Assembly: GCA_002269645.1 (NCBI GenBank)
Contig: NIVC01000337.1
Location: 372,001-436,000 of the forward strand
DNA length: 64,000 nucleotides
Source: Macrostomum lignano
Lineage: Eukaryota
Direction of reading: 5' to 3'
Shown here: positions 32,521-46,990 of the stretch, piece by piece
Layout: each line of letters begins with the position of its first letter
Numbering within the stretch: position 1 is the first letter of the stretch
Translations under genes and position numbers: made by a program
The notes under the pieces: generated by a model
What the model was told of the DNA's origin: nothing
The model's database searches: none
Seen by the model: only the letters and a program-made list of their open reading frames with translations

Positions 32521-33599
32521 CACATAAAAGCGCCTTCTTAAACAGTGTTCTCCGCAGTGAAATTTCAAGCTTGCAAAAGAAGCGCGGGCTGCTTTCCTGC
32601 TTTGAGTGCAGAATATTTTTATTAATGAAAAGCAGGTGCTAAAATTCTGTGATTGAGTTCGCTACCTGCAGCAGGAAAAATCACAAAAATCACAAAAAAT
32701 CGACCAATTTCTCTCGATATCAGCCCGCAGGCCGGGGCTGGGAATTCTGAGCAGCCTTCTCCAACCCGGCCGACTCTTGAAGTGGCTCTGGTAGATGGAG
32801 AGCAGGGCCGGTCTTTCGGCTCGCAGCTGGAAATTGAAACCAGCATTGAGTTTCACCCTGAGCAGAGTGCCTTGACTGGCTTTTGTCTGCTGCTGCTGCT
32901 ACCTGCTCACTTTTGCTAATTAAAATTTCCTCTTTTTCTCCCATTGAAAATTGGCAGCAGACACAAAGGCAAAAGAGGAGTTGCTTTGTCAGTTTCAGCC
33001 ATTGTCTGACTGCCAGAAGTGCCAATTTCTAAGAAACCACTTCCAATCTCGAGCTCGAGAGTGAGCCAGATTAGCATTTCGAATTTTTTATTTTGATAAT
33101 TTAATAAATTAATAATTCCCTGTTGATTCATTCGAGACGGAAAAGGTGTGGGAAAAATTTGGAGTCATTCAAAGCCAATTGATTGCCGGACTGATAACAA
33201 AGGGCCGGACTAAGTTTGCCGCGACTCCTTGAGTAGGCTCGGATTTCCCGTGTCTGGCTGACAGCTCCAGCCCAAATCTGCCCGCCTGTTTGCTGACTTG
33301 GATAACCCTCTGCGCCAGGACAGGACCAGCTCTCAAGCACTTGACATTGTCTATCTGACGAATCTGTTTTAAAGAGACTCAATGGCTCTCGTTGCTGGCC
33401 TGATGGTCGTTCAATCATTTGGCTGGACATTCCGCTGAAGGTGTCTTGCGTTGACAATGCCACCCCAAGCCGGTGTTTGCAGAAGAGATTGCCTGGACTG
33501 ATTTTAGATTCTGTTATAGCGATTTGTAATGAGCCTGCTCAATCACAGCTCCGGTTAAGGCAAACTTGAAAGAAGATTCTCTCTCTCTTATCTCCTTGA

Positions 33600-33835
33600 T
33601 GGAGATGGGAGGAAGTGAAAGGAGAGAGAGGAGAGAGAGGCAGGAGCAGAGGCGGGAGAGAGACACGGGAGAGGGAGAGGCGGGAGAGGGAGAGAGGCAA
33701 AACTAGGCGGTAGAGGGAGGCGGGAGAGGAAGAGACGGGAGAGAGAGGCGGGAGAGGAAGAGGCGGGAGAGGGAGAGGCGGGAGATGGAGAGGCGGGAAA
33801 GAGAGGCGGAAGAGAGAGAGAGGCGAAAGAAGGAG
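33600..33835. repeat. Purine-rich (GA/GGGAGAGGC) low-complexity tract
   Basis: Direct. Confidence 0.8.
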
Positions 33836-34514
33836 AGTGCGAAAGGTAGATGTAGTGCAAGAGGCGCACATGTAGAAGCAGAGACTCAATTACGAAGCAA
33901 AAATATCCAATGCGGGAGACTTCAAGCGCAGTTGGGTCCCCAGCAAAGTTGATTAAAAAGAGATTGACCGGGGCCGCCCCCAGAGTTGGTTGGCAGTTGA
34001 AATTGAGAATAATTGGATCTCTTGAGAGGGAAATAAGACAGAAATTTCTTATTAATCAACTTCTTCTCGCGCCGGCGCGGCCCCCCGCCCGCGGACCGCC
34101 CGCTGCTCGTTGAGTGGATGGCGGGAGGCTGCGGTGATGAAGCCGAGAGGCAGGCAGGCTGGGACAATGCGCGGCCGGTGACGGCTACGGGTCCCTGGCT
34201 GCTTCTCTCCCGCGCTCTCGAAAAGCAAATTGGGGGTATCGGTTCCACAGCCTCATTCCAGGCTGGCGGGGGTCCCTTGAAGAGTTTCTCCGGGCTGGGG
34301 GGGGGGGCATCCTCCAGCTTGAGCAGCGGGCGAGCGAGCCCAGGACCTCAGGTGTCGCAACCCTGGCTGAAGAGGACCGGAACTGCATGGGCGAGGGAGA
34401 AGCCTCAGCTGTTGCCACCCGGCCGGGGAAGTCAGTCAGTTGGGTTTTGTTGCTGTCAGTCACTTGTGCTCTGTGTCTCGGTTTTGAGCTGTGAATTTGA
34501 CGGCAATAAAATCC

Positions 34515-37262
34515 GTGTCTGAGCGCCAAACTGAGTGTCTGAGCGCCAAACTGAGTGTCTGAGCGCCAAACTGAGTGTCTGAGCGCCAAACTGAGTGTCT
34601 GAGCGCCAAACTGAGTGTCTGAGCGCCAAACTGAGTGTCTGAGCGCCAAACTGAGTGTCTGAGAGCTACAGTGAGAGTCTGAGAGCTGCAGTGAGAGTCT
34701 GAGAGCTGCAGTGAGAGTCTGAGCGTCAAACTGAGTGTCTGAGCGCCAAACTGAGTGTCTGAGCGCCAAACTGAGTGTCTGAGAGCTACAGTGAGAGTCT
34801 GAGAGCTGCAGTGAGAGTCTGAGAGCTGCAGTGAGAGTCTGAGCGTCAAACTGAGTGTCTGAGCGCCAAACTGAGTGTCTGAGCGCCAAACTGAGTGTCT
34901 GAGAGCTACAGTGAGAGTCTGAGAGCTGCAGTGAGAGTCTGAGAGCTGCAGTGAGAGTCTGGGAGCTACAGTGAGAGTCTGAGAGCTACAATGAGAGTCT
35001 GGGAGCTACAGTGAGAGTCTGGGAGCTACAATGAGAGTCTGAGAGCTACAATGAGAGTCTGGGAGCTACAGTGAGAGTCTGGGAGCTACAATGAGAGTCT
35101 GAGAGCTACAATGAGAGTCTGGGAGCTACAGTGAGAGTCTGGGAGCTACAATGAGAGTCTGAGAGCTACAATGAGAGTCTGGGAGCTACAGTGAGAGTCT
35201 GAGAGCTACAATGAGAGTCTGAGAGCTACAGTGAGAGTCTCAAAGCTACAGTGAGAGTCTGGGAGCTACAGTGAGAGTCTGAGAGCTGCAGTGAGAGTCT
35301 GAGAGCTGCAGTGAGAGTCTGGGAGCTACAGTGAGAGTCTGAGAGCTACAATGAGAGTCTGGGAGCTACAGTGAGAGTCTGGGAGCTACAATGAGAGTCT
35401 GAGAGCTACAATGAGAGTCTGGGAGCTACAGTGAGAGTCTGGGAGCTACAATGAGAGTCTGAGAGCTACAGTGAGAGTCTGAGAGCTACAGTGAGAGTCT
35501 GAGAGCTACAATGAGAGTCTGAGAGCTACAGTGAGAGTCTCAAAGCTACAGTGAGAGTCTGGGAGCTACAGTGAGAGTCTGAGAGCTACAATGAGAGTCT
35601 GGGAGCTACAATGAGAGTCTGGGAGCTACAGTGAGAGTCTCAAAGCTACAGTGAGAGTCTGGGAGCTACAGTGAGAGTCTGAGAGCTACAATGAGAGTCT
35701 GATAGCTACAATGAGAGTCTGGGAGCTACAGTGAGAGTCTGGGAGCTACAGTGAGAGTCTGAGAGCTACAATGAGAGTCTGGGAGCTACAATGAGAGTCT
35801 GAGAGCTACAATGAGAGTCTGAGAGCTACAGTGAGAGTCTGGGAGCTACAGTGAGAGTCTGAGAGCTACAATGAGAGTCTGATAGCTACAATGAGAGTCT
35901 GGGAGCTACAGTGAGAGTCTCAAAGCTACAGTGAGAGTCTGGGAGCTACAGTGAGAGTCTGAGAGCTACAATGAGAGTCTGATAGCTACAATGAGAGTCT
36001 GGGAGCTACAGTGAGAGTCTGGGAGCTACAGTGAGAGTCTGAGAGCTACAGTGAGAGTCTGAGAGCTACAATGAGAGTCTGAGAGCTACAATGAGAGTCT
36101 GAGAGCTACAATGAGAGTCTGAGAGCTACAGTGAGAGTCTGGGAGCTACAGTGAGAGTCTGAGAGCTACAATGAGAGTCTGAGAGCTACAATGAGAGTCT
36201 GAGAGCTACAGTGAGAGTCTGGGAGCTACAGTGAGAGTCTGAGAGCTACAATGAGAGTCTGATAGCTACAATGAGAGTCTGGGAGCTACAGTGAGAGTCT
36301 CAAAGCTACAGTGAGAGTCTGGGAGCTACAGTGAGAGTCTGAGAGCTACAATGAGAGTCTGATAGCTACAATGAGAGTCTGGGAGCTACAGTGAGAGTCT
36401 GGGAGCTACAGTGAGAGTCTGAGAGCTACAGTGAGAGTCTGAGAGCTACAATGAGAGTCTGAGAGCTACAATGAGAGTCTGAGAGCTACAATGAGAGTCT
36501 GAGAGCTACAGTGAGAGTCTGGGAGCTACAATGAGAGTCTGAGAGCTACAGTGAGAGTCTGAGAGCTACAGTGAGAGTCTGAGAGCTACAGTGAGAGTCT
36601 GAGAGCTACAATGAGAGTCTGAGAGCTACAGTGAGAGTCTGAGAGCTACAGTGAGAGTCTGAGAGCTACAATGAGAGTCTGGGAGCTACAATGAGAGTCT
36701 CAAAGCTACATTGAGAGTCTGGGAGCTACAGTGAGAGTCTGAGAGCTACAATGAGAGTCTGATAGCTACAATGAGAGTCTGGGAGCTACAGTGAGAGTCT
36801 GGGAGCTACAATGAGAGTCTGAGAGCTACAATAGAGAGTCTGAGAGCTACAATGAGAGTCTGAGAGCTACAATGAGAGTCTGAGAGCTACAATAGAGAGT
36901 CTGAGAGCTACAATGAGAGTCTTAGAGCTACAATGAGAGTCTGGGAGCTACAGTGAGAGTCTGGGAGCTACAGTGAGAGTCTGAGAGCTACAGTGAGAGT
37001 CTGAGAGCTACAATGAGAGTCTGAGAGCTACAATGAGAGTCTGATAGCTACAATGAGAGTCTGGGAGCTACAGTGAGAGTCTGGGAGCTACAGTGAGAGT
37101 CTGAGAGCTACAGTGAGAGTCTGAGAGCTACAATGAGAGTCTGAGAGCTACAATAGAGAGTCTGAGAGCTACAATGAGAGTCTGAGAGCTACAATGAGAG
37201 TCTGAGAGCTACAATGAGAGTCTGAGAGCTACAATGAGAGTCTGAGAGCTACAATGAGAGTC
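34515..37262. repeat. 20-bp minisatellite, 2.75 kb, with polar variant turnover
   Basis: GAGCGCCAAACTGAGTGTCT grades into GAGAGCTACA(G/A)TGAGAGTCT; ~137 units. Confidence 0.98.
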
Positions 37263-37759
37263 TGGGAGCTGCCACAATGAGTCTGTTTCACAGAAATGCC
37301 GTCACATAACAAAATGAATTTGTCTATTTAACGAGCGCTCTGTCTCAGCTTGAGGCGGGAATGGATGAGGATCTCAGCGGTGGATCTCAATTACAAATTG
37401 CTCAAACTTTTTTTTTCGCCCGCCTAACGACAATAAAATCGGTTTTTCCCCTTTCTCGATTCAGCAGAGCTTCAGCAGATCGAGTGAAGCAAGCGGAGGC
37501 CGCCTAGCAACCAGGTTGGGGACGCTTGCCGAGCCAGCGGGGCGCCCTCTTTGACCACCGACGAGGACGGGATCGCCTCACCGACCGGATTGTTTCCGCC
37601 GTTGGCCTCGGGGGGGGGGTTTCTTTGCGCTGTGGGCGATCCCCGTTCTTCCCGAAGTTTCCCTCATCAAAAAATATTTGCTTTTCAATGTGCGTTTTTG
37701 TCTGTCTGTCTTGTTTATGGGTGCTCTTGCTAGATCTGGGACGGCACTTTCACCTCGTG

Positions 37760-38125
37760 AGAGATCTCTAAATCCCAATGTCACTCCTAATGAGATCTCT
37801 AGATCTCAATGTCACTCCTAATGAGATCTCTAGATCTCAATGTCACTCCTAATGAGATCTCTAGATCTCAATGTCACTCCTAATGAGATCTCTAGATCTC
37901 AATGTCACACCTAATGAGATCTCCAAATCCCAATGTCACTCCTTATAAGATCTCTAAATCCCAATGTCACTCCTTTGAAGATCTTTAGATCCCAATGTCA
38001 CTCCTTATAAGATCTCTAAATCTCAAGGTCACTCCTTATGAGATCACAAAATCTCAGCGTCACTTCTTATGAGATCACAAAATCTCAGCGTCACTCCTTT
38101 TACAAGATCTCTAAATCCCAATGTC
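37760..38125. repeat. ~31-bp degenerate minisatellite (ATGTCACTCCTAATGAGATCTCTAGATCTCA) with near-palindromic core
   Basis: About 11 diverging copies. Confidence 0.85.
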
Positions 38126-38699
38126 ACCCCGTGCGAGATCTCACACCAAGGCAGGGATTCAGTTCATCTGAATATTCAGCTCGGGCTGTCATTATTGACT
38201 TTATCCGTAAATAACTCGATCCGTGCCGCGACAAGGACGCCGCTCTCAAGTGTCCTTGGCGCCGGCAAACAAAATTGAATCAGCCGCCACTTCAGGAAAA
38301 ATTTTTGCCAAATCCGTCTCTCGGCTGCCGGGAAAATTTTTGCAGAAACTGGGCGCCATACTTTATGCGGTCGTCAAATTATTGCTAACCGAATTTGCTG
38401 CAGCCACTTCACCAGCCGCTAGCGATTGACAGGTTCTGGCCGCGTCCAGATCGAAAGTCGGGCTCGGCCGAGAAAAGCTTCGCCACAACAAGCCCCGTTC
38501 ATTACGGAGCCAAACTCGATTTTCTGCCAACGCTTCATACTCGATGCTGTATCAGTCCCTCTGCTTATAATCCCCATCATGCTCTGCCTTAATGAGCTGC
38601 GAATACGGCATGCACTGGCTGGGTGATCTTCTCTCTTCTCACTGATGCTGCTCACTTGGATTTTCTGCTTTTATTCGTGACTTTCTGTTGCTTTCTCTG

Positions 38700-39225
38700 C
38701 CCCTGCCTCTCTACCCCTGCCTCTCTACCTCTCCCTCTCTACCCCTGCCTCTCTACCCCTGCCTCTCTACCCCTCCCTCTCTACCTCTCCCTCTCTACCT
38801 CTCCCTCTCTACCCCTGCCTCTCTACCCCTGCCTCTCTACCCCTGCCTCTCTACCCCTCCCTCTCTACCTCTCCCTCTCTACCTCTCCCTCTCTACCCCT
38901 GCCTCTCTACCCCTGCCTCTCTACCCCTGCCTCTCTACCCCTCCCTCTCTACCTCTCCCTCTCTACCCCTGCCTCTCTACCCCTGCCTCTCTACCTCTCC
39001 CTCTCTACCTCTCCCTCTCCACCTCTCCCTCTCTACCTCTCCCTCTCTACCTCTCTCTCTCTACTCCTGCCTCGCTACCCCTGCCTCTCTACCCCTCCTT
39101 CTCTATCCCTCCCTCTCCACCCCTCCTTCTCTACCCCTACCTCTCCACCCCTTCTTCTCTACCCCTCCCTCTCCAACCCTCCCTCTCCACCCCTCCCTCT
39201 CTACCCCTCCCTCTCCATCCCTCCT
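38700..39225. repeat. Pyrimidine-rich 14-bp repeat (CTCTCTACCCCTGC / CTCTCTACCTCTCC)
   Basis: Direct. Confidence 0.9.
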
Positions 39226-40099
39226 TTTTTACTCTCTTTATCAGCTTTGTGCTGCCCTATCTCCCCATTCCTATTCCTTATATCCCCAGTCTGCGCTCGC
39301 TGCACTCATTTAACTCCAATAAAAAAGCCATCAATACCTAGCAGTGAAGTTAACAAGGCAGCTCCATTTGGCAAAGGCGGATCGCAGCGGAAACAAGCAT
39401 CGCTCCATGTTTGCCGACTCAGCCCCTGCTCCTCTTGTCTTCAATGTTGCAGCTCGATTCTTCTCTTTTGCATCGAATTTTTTTCATTACAATGCAGCAA
39501 AATTGCATGCGAATTATTCTCCTCAAATTGCCTGGGTGAAGCCCCGCACTCCCCATCCCGCCCCAGCGTCTCCCCCCCCAGCCGCTGCGCAAACACTTCG
39601 GGAATGCAGTTTGTTTGAAATCTATTTTTTTCCAGCCTCCCCTCATCTGCAGAGTATCAGCAGCATCAGCATCAGCAGCAGCAGCAGTATTCCCGTCTGT
39701 CATTAGCCAGGTAGCCACCTCGCAACTCCCCTCGGTGGCTCATCAGCTAAGGCAAACATTGCACCAACGGGACGCTGCTCGAGGCCACTTCAGCTCGCCT
39801 CAATTCGGTCCAATTTTCCACCATCATCATCAGCATCCGGGGATTCCTCATCATCATGTTTACCTGGCGCACTTCAGCCAGAGCGCACTGGGGAGGCTGC
39901 GGGGATCTCATTTTGTCTTGTCTCGGCTCAGCCGGAACGCTGCTACTAGTAAACAGGCTTTGGGTAGCAGCTTGGCGGATACTTTTTCACCAGACCAGCT
40001 TCAATCCTTTTTTAATGTTTGATTATTCGGAGACAGCTGCCCTGAGAACTGCTCAAAATATTCTTGCGGACACCCATTTTGTTTCTGTTTATCTTCGTT

Positions 40100-40702
40100 A
40101 GTCTCCCTCTCTGTCTGACTCTCCCTCTCCATCTGACTCTCCCTCTCCATCTGACTCTCCCTCTCCATCTGACTCTCCCTCTCCGCCTGACTCTCCCTCT
40201 CCATCTGACTCTCCCTCTCCATCTGACTCTCCCTCTCCATCTGATTCTCCCTCTCCATCTGACTCTCCCTCTCCGCCTGACTCTCCCTCTCTATCTGACT
40301 CTCCCTCTCCGCCTGACTCTCCCTCTCCATCTGACTCTCCCTCTCCATCTGACTCTCCCTCTCCATCTGATTCTCCCTCTCCATCTGACTCTCCCTCTCC
40401 ATCTGACTCTCCCTCTCCGCCTGACTCTCCCTCTCCATCTTACTCCCCTTCTCCCTCTGACTCTCCCTTTCCGCCTGACTCTCCCTCTCCATCTGACTCT
40501 CCCTCTCCATCTGACTCTCCTTCTCCTTCTGACTTTCCCTCTCCTTCTGACTCTCCCTCTTTATCTGATTCTCCCTCTCCATCTGACTCTCCCTCTTTAT
40601 CTGATTCTCCCTCTCCATCTGACTCTCCCTCTCCATCTGACTCTCCCTCTCCATCTGATTCTCCCTCTCCATCTGACTCTCCCTCTCCATCTGACTCTCC
40701 CT
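40100..40702. repeat. 18-bp minisatellite (CTCTCCATCTGACTCTCC) x ~33
   Basis: Source of the MERESQ and LTLPLH ORFs. Confidence 0.95.
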
Positions 40703-41271
40703 AACCTGCCCAAACCTTTCAGTTTATCCGCTCCTATCCCTCCGCCTTCCCCTCTTCCTCTCCTTTCCACCAGCTCGGCACCCGGCAGCTTCAGCAGCTT
40801 CCGATCTCGGGTGCCCCGAGCTGTCGAGCTTGTGCGCTCCGAGCCGGCATTCGAAGCCTCTGGTCCGCGGTCTCTCGCACGTCATGCAGCGACCCTCAAT
40901 TAGCAGCGGTGCGAGGATTTGCTCAGCGCGCAAGATGGAGCAAAGTTTGATGAGGGTAACACTTGAGCACGCCTGAGCAGCCTCCCCGGTCTCCTGGTCC
41001 CGGCTAACTGGGTCTTTTAGCTTTTCAACTTTCTTTCAACGTTCAAAAAAACGGGAGGATGGCGCAGGCCGGGCCCGGCGGAGCGGAATGCCGAGCTGCC
41101 GCCCGCTGCGCCCAGCCAGAGCCGCTTCGTGACTTCCTTCGAGTTTTCTTGGCGCCCAGCATGGCAACAATGGCAGCGGCCGTGCGTGCGTTAAGGAATT
41201 AATCATCGATTGAGCAGATTGACTTTTCAGCAATGAAATTGCTCAAATTTGCTTCTGGTTTTGCCAGGGAC

Positions 41272-41635
41272 GTCTAGATAGGATCTATCTGGACCGGACG
41301 CCCAGACTCGTGAGCACAAACACCCAAACTGTCTAGCCATGGACCCTCCGGATTCTTGGACCGGTTGCGCAGCGCAGACCCGCAAGAATCCAAAATAACT
41401 GACCAGGGATCTCTAGATATCTGGACTGGACGCATAGACTCGCATCAAACATCAAACCCCAACACATCCAACTAGTCATGGATCTTTACTAGTAGATATC
41501 TGGACTGGACGCGCGGACCCAGACCCACCAACATAAAATATTTGACCACGGACCACTAGATATCTAGACTGGACGCGCAGACCCAGACCCACCAACCTTC
41601 TGGCCAGGGACCACTAGATATCTGGATCGGACACT
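41272..41635. repeat. Five degenerate 55-140-bp spaced repeats with core TAGATATCTGGACTGGACGC
   Basis: Cores near 41273, 41412, 41492, 41556 and 41613. Confidence 0.7.
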
Positions 41636-42371
41636 CGATAATTGTATCTAATTTTTTACAATTTAAAACTTCTCTCTTTCTCTCAAAGGGGAGAATTCCC
41701 CAACCATGCAGGTTTTTGGATGCTTTGAAAAGTCTGCAGGAACTCTGTCGTGACTCTCGGTGGAACTTTTTATACAAGAAAGTCAAATTCGAAATTAGAA
41801 GCCAACCAGATTGACACCACTGAACACAGCAGGGGTTGCCAATCAGTTATCAACTTGATCCGGGCTGCCCCCCCCCTCTGTAACCGCGCATGAAAACCGG
41901 CGAGTCCTTTGTTGTGCCGGAGCGAACTGTGCTCAAGTGCGAGCTCGGCTTTAAGGAAGGAGAATTTAATAAGACAGAATCGGGACTCGGGGGACCCCTC
42001 CGGCCACTTCAGGCCCGGCGGAACGGGTCTCAAGTGTCCTCGTTGTCAGCTTTGCCCCGTCCGCCATCGGCTGACTTCGGGCCTGCGGATATGGGGCAGT
42101 CAGCAGACAGTTGACTGGCGCCTGTTCACTCTCTGTACACTAATAGGTGTTAAGTATATCTGGCCATTGAGCTCTGCCGACAGATGGGGCTGCAGTTATG
42201 CAATTAAGAATTCTTCTACTTAGACACCGACAGCATTCATTCTTACAGTTGCTTGTAATTATTGAATTCTTTTGGAGAATAAATATCCAGTTCGATTTAG
42301 CCGTCTGGGATGGCAGATTGAGAAGGAGGGTGAGAGGTGGTCTCCAGATCGAAGTAGGAGGTTGAGGAGGA

Positions 42372-43341
42372 GAGTAGGAGATGGGAGAGGAGAGTATGAG
42401 ATGGGAGAGGAGAGTAGGAGATGGGAGAGGAGAGTAGGAGATGGGAGAGGAGAGTAGGAGACGGGATAGGAGAGCAGGAGATGGGATAGGAGAGTAGGAG
42501 ATGGGAGAGGAGAGTAGGAGACGGGATAGGAGAGTAGGAGATGGGATAGGAGAGTAGGAGATGGGAGAGGAGAGTAGGAGATGGGAGAGGAGAGTAGGAG
42601 ATGGGAGAGGAGAGTAGGAGATGGGAGAGGAGAGTAGGAGATGGGAGAGGAGAGTAGGAGATGGGAGAGGAGAGTAGGAGACGGGAGAGGAGAGTAGGAG
42701 ATGGGAGAGGAGAGTAGGAGACGGGAGAGGAGAGTAGGAGATGGGAGAGGAGAGTATGAGATGGGAGAGGAGAGTAGGAGATGGGAGAGGAGAGTAGGAG
42801 ATGGGAGAGGAGAGTAGGAGACGGGAGAGGAGAGTAGGAGATGGGAGAGGAGAGTAGGAGACGGGAGAGGAGAGTAGGAGATGGGAGAGGAGAGTATGAG
42901 ATGGGAGAGGAGAGTAGGAGATGGGAGAGGAGAGTAGGAGATGGGAGAGGAGAGTAGGAGATGGGATAGGAGAGTATGAGATGGGAGAGGAGAGTAGGAG
43001 ACGGGAGAGGAGAGTAGGAGATGGGAGAGGAGAGTAGGAGACGGGATAGGAGAGTAGGAGATGGGATAGGAGAGTAGGAGATGGGATAGGAGAGTAGGAG
43101 ATGGGAGAGGAGAGTAGGAGACGGGATAGGAGAGTAGGAGATGGGATTGGAGAGTAGGAGACGGGAGAGGAGAGTAGGAGATGGGATAGGAGAGTAGGAG
43201 ATGGGATAGGAGAGTAGGAGATGGGATAGGAGAGTAGGAGATGGGAGAGGAGAGTAGGAGATGGGGGAGGAGAGTAGGAGATGGGATAGGAGAGTAGGAG
43301 ATGGGAGAGGAGAGTAGGAGACGGGAGAGGAGAGTAGGAGA
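42372..43341. repeat. 20-bp purine-rich minisatellite (AGAGTAGGAGATGGGAGAGG) x ~48
   Basis: Direct. Confidence 0.97.
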
Positions 43342-43804
43342 ATGAGCTTAGAACAGAGAAGGGGATGAGAAGTCAGTCATGCAGCTCCAAACTTCTCATA
43401 GGCAGGAAGCCGCCCCTGCCCTGGCAAATCCGAGCGGCGGGCCACCCACGGCGGCAACTTCGGGGGGATGAGCGGCGAGTTCTGGTGAGGCGCCCGCTAA
43501 TCCGCACCGGCTAATGGGCGGGCAAACTCGACCAGGTGGGTCCAGCTGGGAGGGGCGTTTGCCGAGGCAAGCGGCTCTGCGGTTTCAACCCGGAAGTCAG
43601 TCGTGGCCTCTACGAGACTCTCTTGCGGAAGCTGTTGAAGATTGCGTGTCCGCGCAATTGTTGATCAGACTCTGAGATGCTCCGCGATCAAGCGGAGTGG
43701 AAAGTTGCTGCGTGCAAATAATATACCGAGCTGGGCCTTTTATTGCCTTTATGAAACTGAAAGTCAAGGCCTTAAGGCTACAGAGTTTGGGTTGAGATTC
43801 TTAG

Positions 43805-44250
43805 GGAGAGAGTGACAGGGAGAGAGTGACAGGGAGAGAGTGACAGGGAGAGAGTGACAGGGAGAGAGTGACAGGGAGAGAGTGACAGGGAGAGAGTGAC
43901 AGGGAGAGAGTGACAGGGAGAGAGTGACAGGGAGAGAGTGACAGGGAGAGAGTGACAGGGAGAGAGTGACAGGGAGAGAGTGACAGGGAGATAGTGACAG
44001 GGAGAGAGTGACAGGGAGAGAGTGACAGGGAGAGAGTGACAGGGAGAGAGTGACAGGGAGAGAGTGACAGGGAGAGAGTGACAGGGAGAGAGTGACAGGG
44101 AGAGAGTGACAGGGAGAGAGTGACAGGGAGAGAGTGACAGGGAGAGAGTGACAGGGAGAGAGTGATAGGGTCAATAGGGAGAGAGTGACAGGGAGAGAGT
44201 GATAGGGTCAATAGGGAGAGAATGACAGGGAGAGAGTGACAGGGAGGGAG
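43805..44250. repeat. 14-bp minisatellite (GACAGGGAGAGAGT) x ~30
   Basis: Direct. Confidence 0.96.
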
Positions 44251-45260
44251 TGACAGGAACATTTGCGAGAGTGACGAGGACGGAGTGACGGGTTACGGGG
44301 TGAGTAGGGGTGACGAGGACAGGGTGATGAGGACAGAAATATAGCATTTGGAGATTAAAAGTGCAAGACAAACGAAGCAAGGCACATGGAGAAAAGTCTG
44401 CATAGTGCAATTGTTACCTTAAATCCCACAGAATGGGAAGAATGAAAAAGTTCCCATGCACACACATTAAAAATCGAAGATCTTTATCTAACAAAGCAGG
44501 CCTTCACAAAGGCTAAAATAACAAAGCATTAAAACAAAAAATAAAAGCATTTGTTCCCAGGGCGCCACAAAATAGATTTTAAAAAAGCCACAGAGAACGA
44601 AGTGTCTGAGATTTTTCAATTCTTGAAGGTTTTTGGCATCGAAGCAGCCCCTCTATACTGAGTCGAATTCAAGCAACTCCTCTGTCACTCAAGCAGCGAC
44701 GCCTGAGCCACCCCCCCCCCTAAAAAACCCCTGCAACCCTGCAGTTTTTGGCAGAGCTCAGGTCTTCATGCTTGCCTCTGCTGCTCCACTGTCTCTGACT
44801 TGTACGAGCTGGTCTAGTCTCTGAATGGGTGATTGACAAGTGAGCAGCCGGCAGCCACCTCACCTCCGCCTGTCCCCGACCCGAGCAGCCTGTGGCATCG
44901 TGGCACCCGCCATCCCATTGTTCCACGGGGTTCTGCATCGTTTTCTTCTATCTGCAGTGCTTCTCCGCTGCCTGCCACCTGAGAGCTCTGCTTGGGGACT
45001 GGGGGGGGGGGACTTAGGAGCGACGTCAGTGAGCTGAGCTGAGCTTTTCTGCTCGAAGAATTATTGTTATAACAGGACAGTGTCAAAGTCTAACGTAGCC
45101 ACAGGAACCCATTGTGAATGCGAGTCTGTAATTATATTTTTGTCAGTTCTGGCGATTCCATTTTTATTTAAGCCCAGAAGTCCCAACGTTGGTCTCAGTT
45201 CCCCGAGAGGACTTTTTGATTGGGCTGTTATGATTACTGATTGATCACCTGGTATAGAGG

Positions 45261-45525
45261 CAATGCGCGCTTCTGCCAATACAATGCGCGCTTCTGCCAA
45301 TGCAATGCGCGCTTCTGCCAATGCAATGCGCGCTTCTGCCAATGCAATGCGCGCTTCTGCCAATGCAATGCGCGCTTCTGCCAATGCAATGCGCGCTTCT
45401 GCCAATGCAATGCGCGCTTCTGCCAATGCAATGCGCGCTTCTGCCAATGCAATGCGCGCTTCTGCCAATGCAATGCGCGCTTCTGCCAATGCAATGCGCG
45501 CTTCTGCCAATGCAATGCGCGCTTC
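45261..45525. repeat. 21-bp minisatellite (CAATGCGCGCTTCTGCCAATG) x ~12.5
   Basis: Direct; 7-aa period. Confidence 0.97.
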
Positions 45526-46990
45526 CATGCCCTGCTCAGGCACAAAATTTGGTTTTTTTGCTCATCCTATCGATGGCTATGTTTTGATTTCCTCATGTTG
45601 ACATCCATGAAAGAACGAACCACGCATGCCCTGAGACCTCAGCTGAGTCCAACAACTCCTGCTTCAATCCAACCCCCGCGTCTGCTTCTGCAGTTGCAGC
45701 TCGAATTCTGCTCAATCTTTCTTTTCACGAGGCGCGCTCGGCCTGTGCCACTGTGCGGCTTGTGCGGCTGTCAATCAAACTAAATTTTGCTTTGCACCGA
45801 AGACACCCACCCTCCGGCCCGGACCCAGCGGCTGCGCAGCTTCTCGAGCCCTGCTCAGGGGGTGGAGCAGACAAGGAGACAGCAGCCGTCTCTCTTATTC
45901 CGTTCGAATCGGACAAAAGGCCTCACACCCCCGATTTCATCTCAATTCTTTCTTTTCGTTTCTTCTCTGCCTGTCCCCCGGCCACTGCAGCCTCTCCGAG
46001 AGTTGCATTCGCGGCTGCTGAAGTGGGCGGGGCGATGGCCGGGGGGGGGGGGCTTGCTGGCTGCTGCATTCGCAAGGCATAATAGAGGAAAGTCCAAGAC
46101 ATACAGGCCGCTCTGCCATCATAATACACTGTATTGCATTGTCAGCTGAGTAAGGCAGATGACAAGCTCGACCGGCCCCTGCAGTTTATTGCTGGCTACT
46201 TGCGACTCAAGTAGAAATCTTCTCTGTCGCTAAAACTTAGGGCACTGCGATAATTTCACAGGTGCAAAATTGAGCTAGCTGCTTCTGATTGGAATTTGGG
46301 GACTTCTGCCGGTTCCAACCAATCCTGAATTGTTGGGGAATAGATCCCGCTCTGCCGGAGTGCCCGGCGCAGATACAGGGGGCTGCTTGATGCTCTCTCT
46401 CGGCTGGGAAGTGGCTCTCAAAATGATTTTCATTCTCTTGTGCCTAAGAAATCCCACCTTGAGAGGAACTAAAGACAAGCCGTAGCCTCACTTTCCCCGG
46501 CTAATTTGGCTGAGCTGCCCGGGGTTGAGGAAGGCACCTTTGGGGTGGGCGATGCAGCTGGGATCCCATTGGCTCTGGGCGGGGATTTCTGCCCCGGACA
46601 ATGCCGCTGGGAAAGGGAGAAGGCGGAGGGACTCAGGGGGGGGGGTGGCAGCTCTGCAGGGGTGGCGGGCCAAGTGCTCTGAATGGCGGTTCGAGGGCTG
46701 TTGGGCAGCGCTCGATTGCGCGCTGAGAGGCTCAAGCACTCCCATAGGCTGGGGCTTGACTCCCCGGCACCCCAGTGCTCACGATTCGCTGCAGGGACAG
46801 CCCTAATGGGCCGCACAAGAGGAATTTAGGTGGCCCTCTCGGACCCTTTTCACACCCTCTCCGACTGCTCTAAGTCTCTGTCTAAGCGCCACTCCTCGCT
46901 CCGTGCTCAAACGGCCACTCGTGAGTCCCCTGTTCTCCATACACTGGTCCGGCCGCAGGCACTCGAAGCACCCCCGCGGCATCGCCTTGC

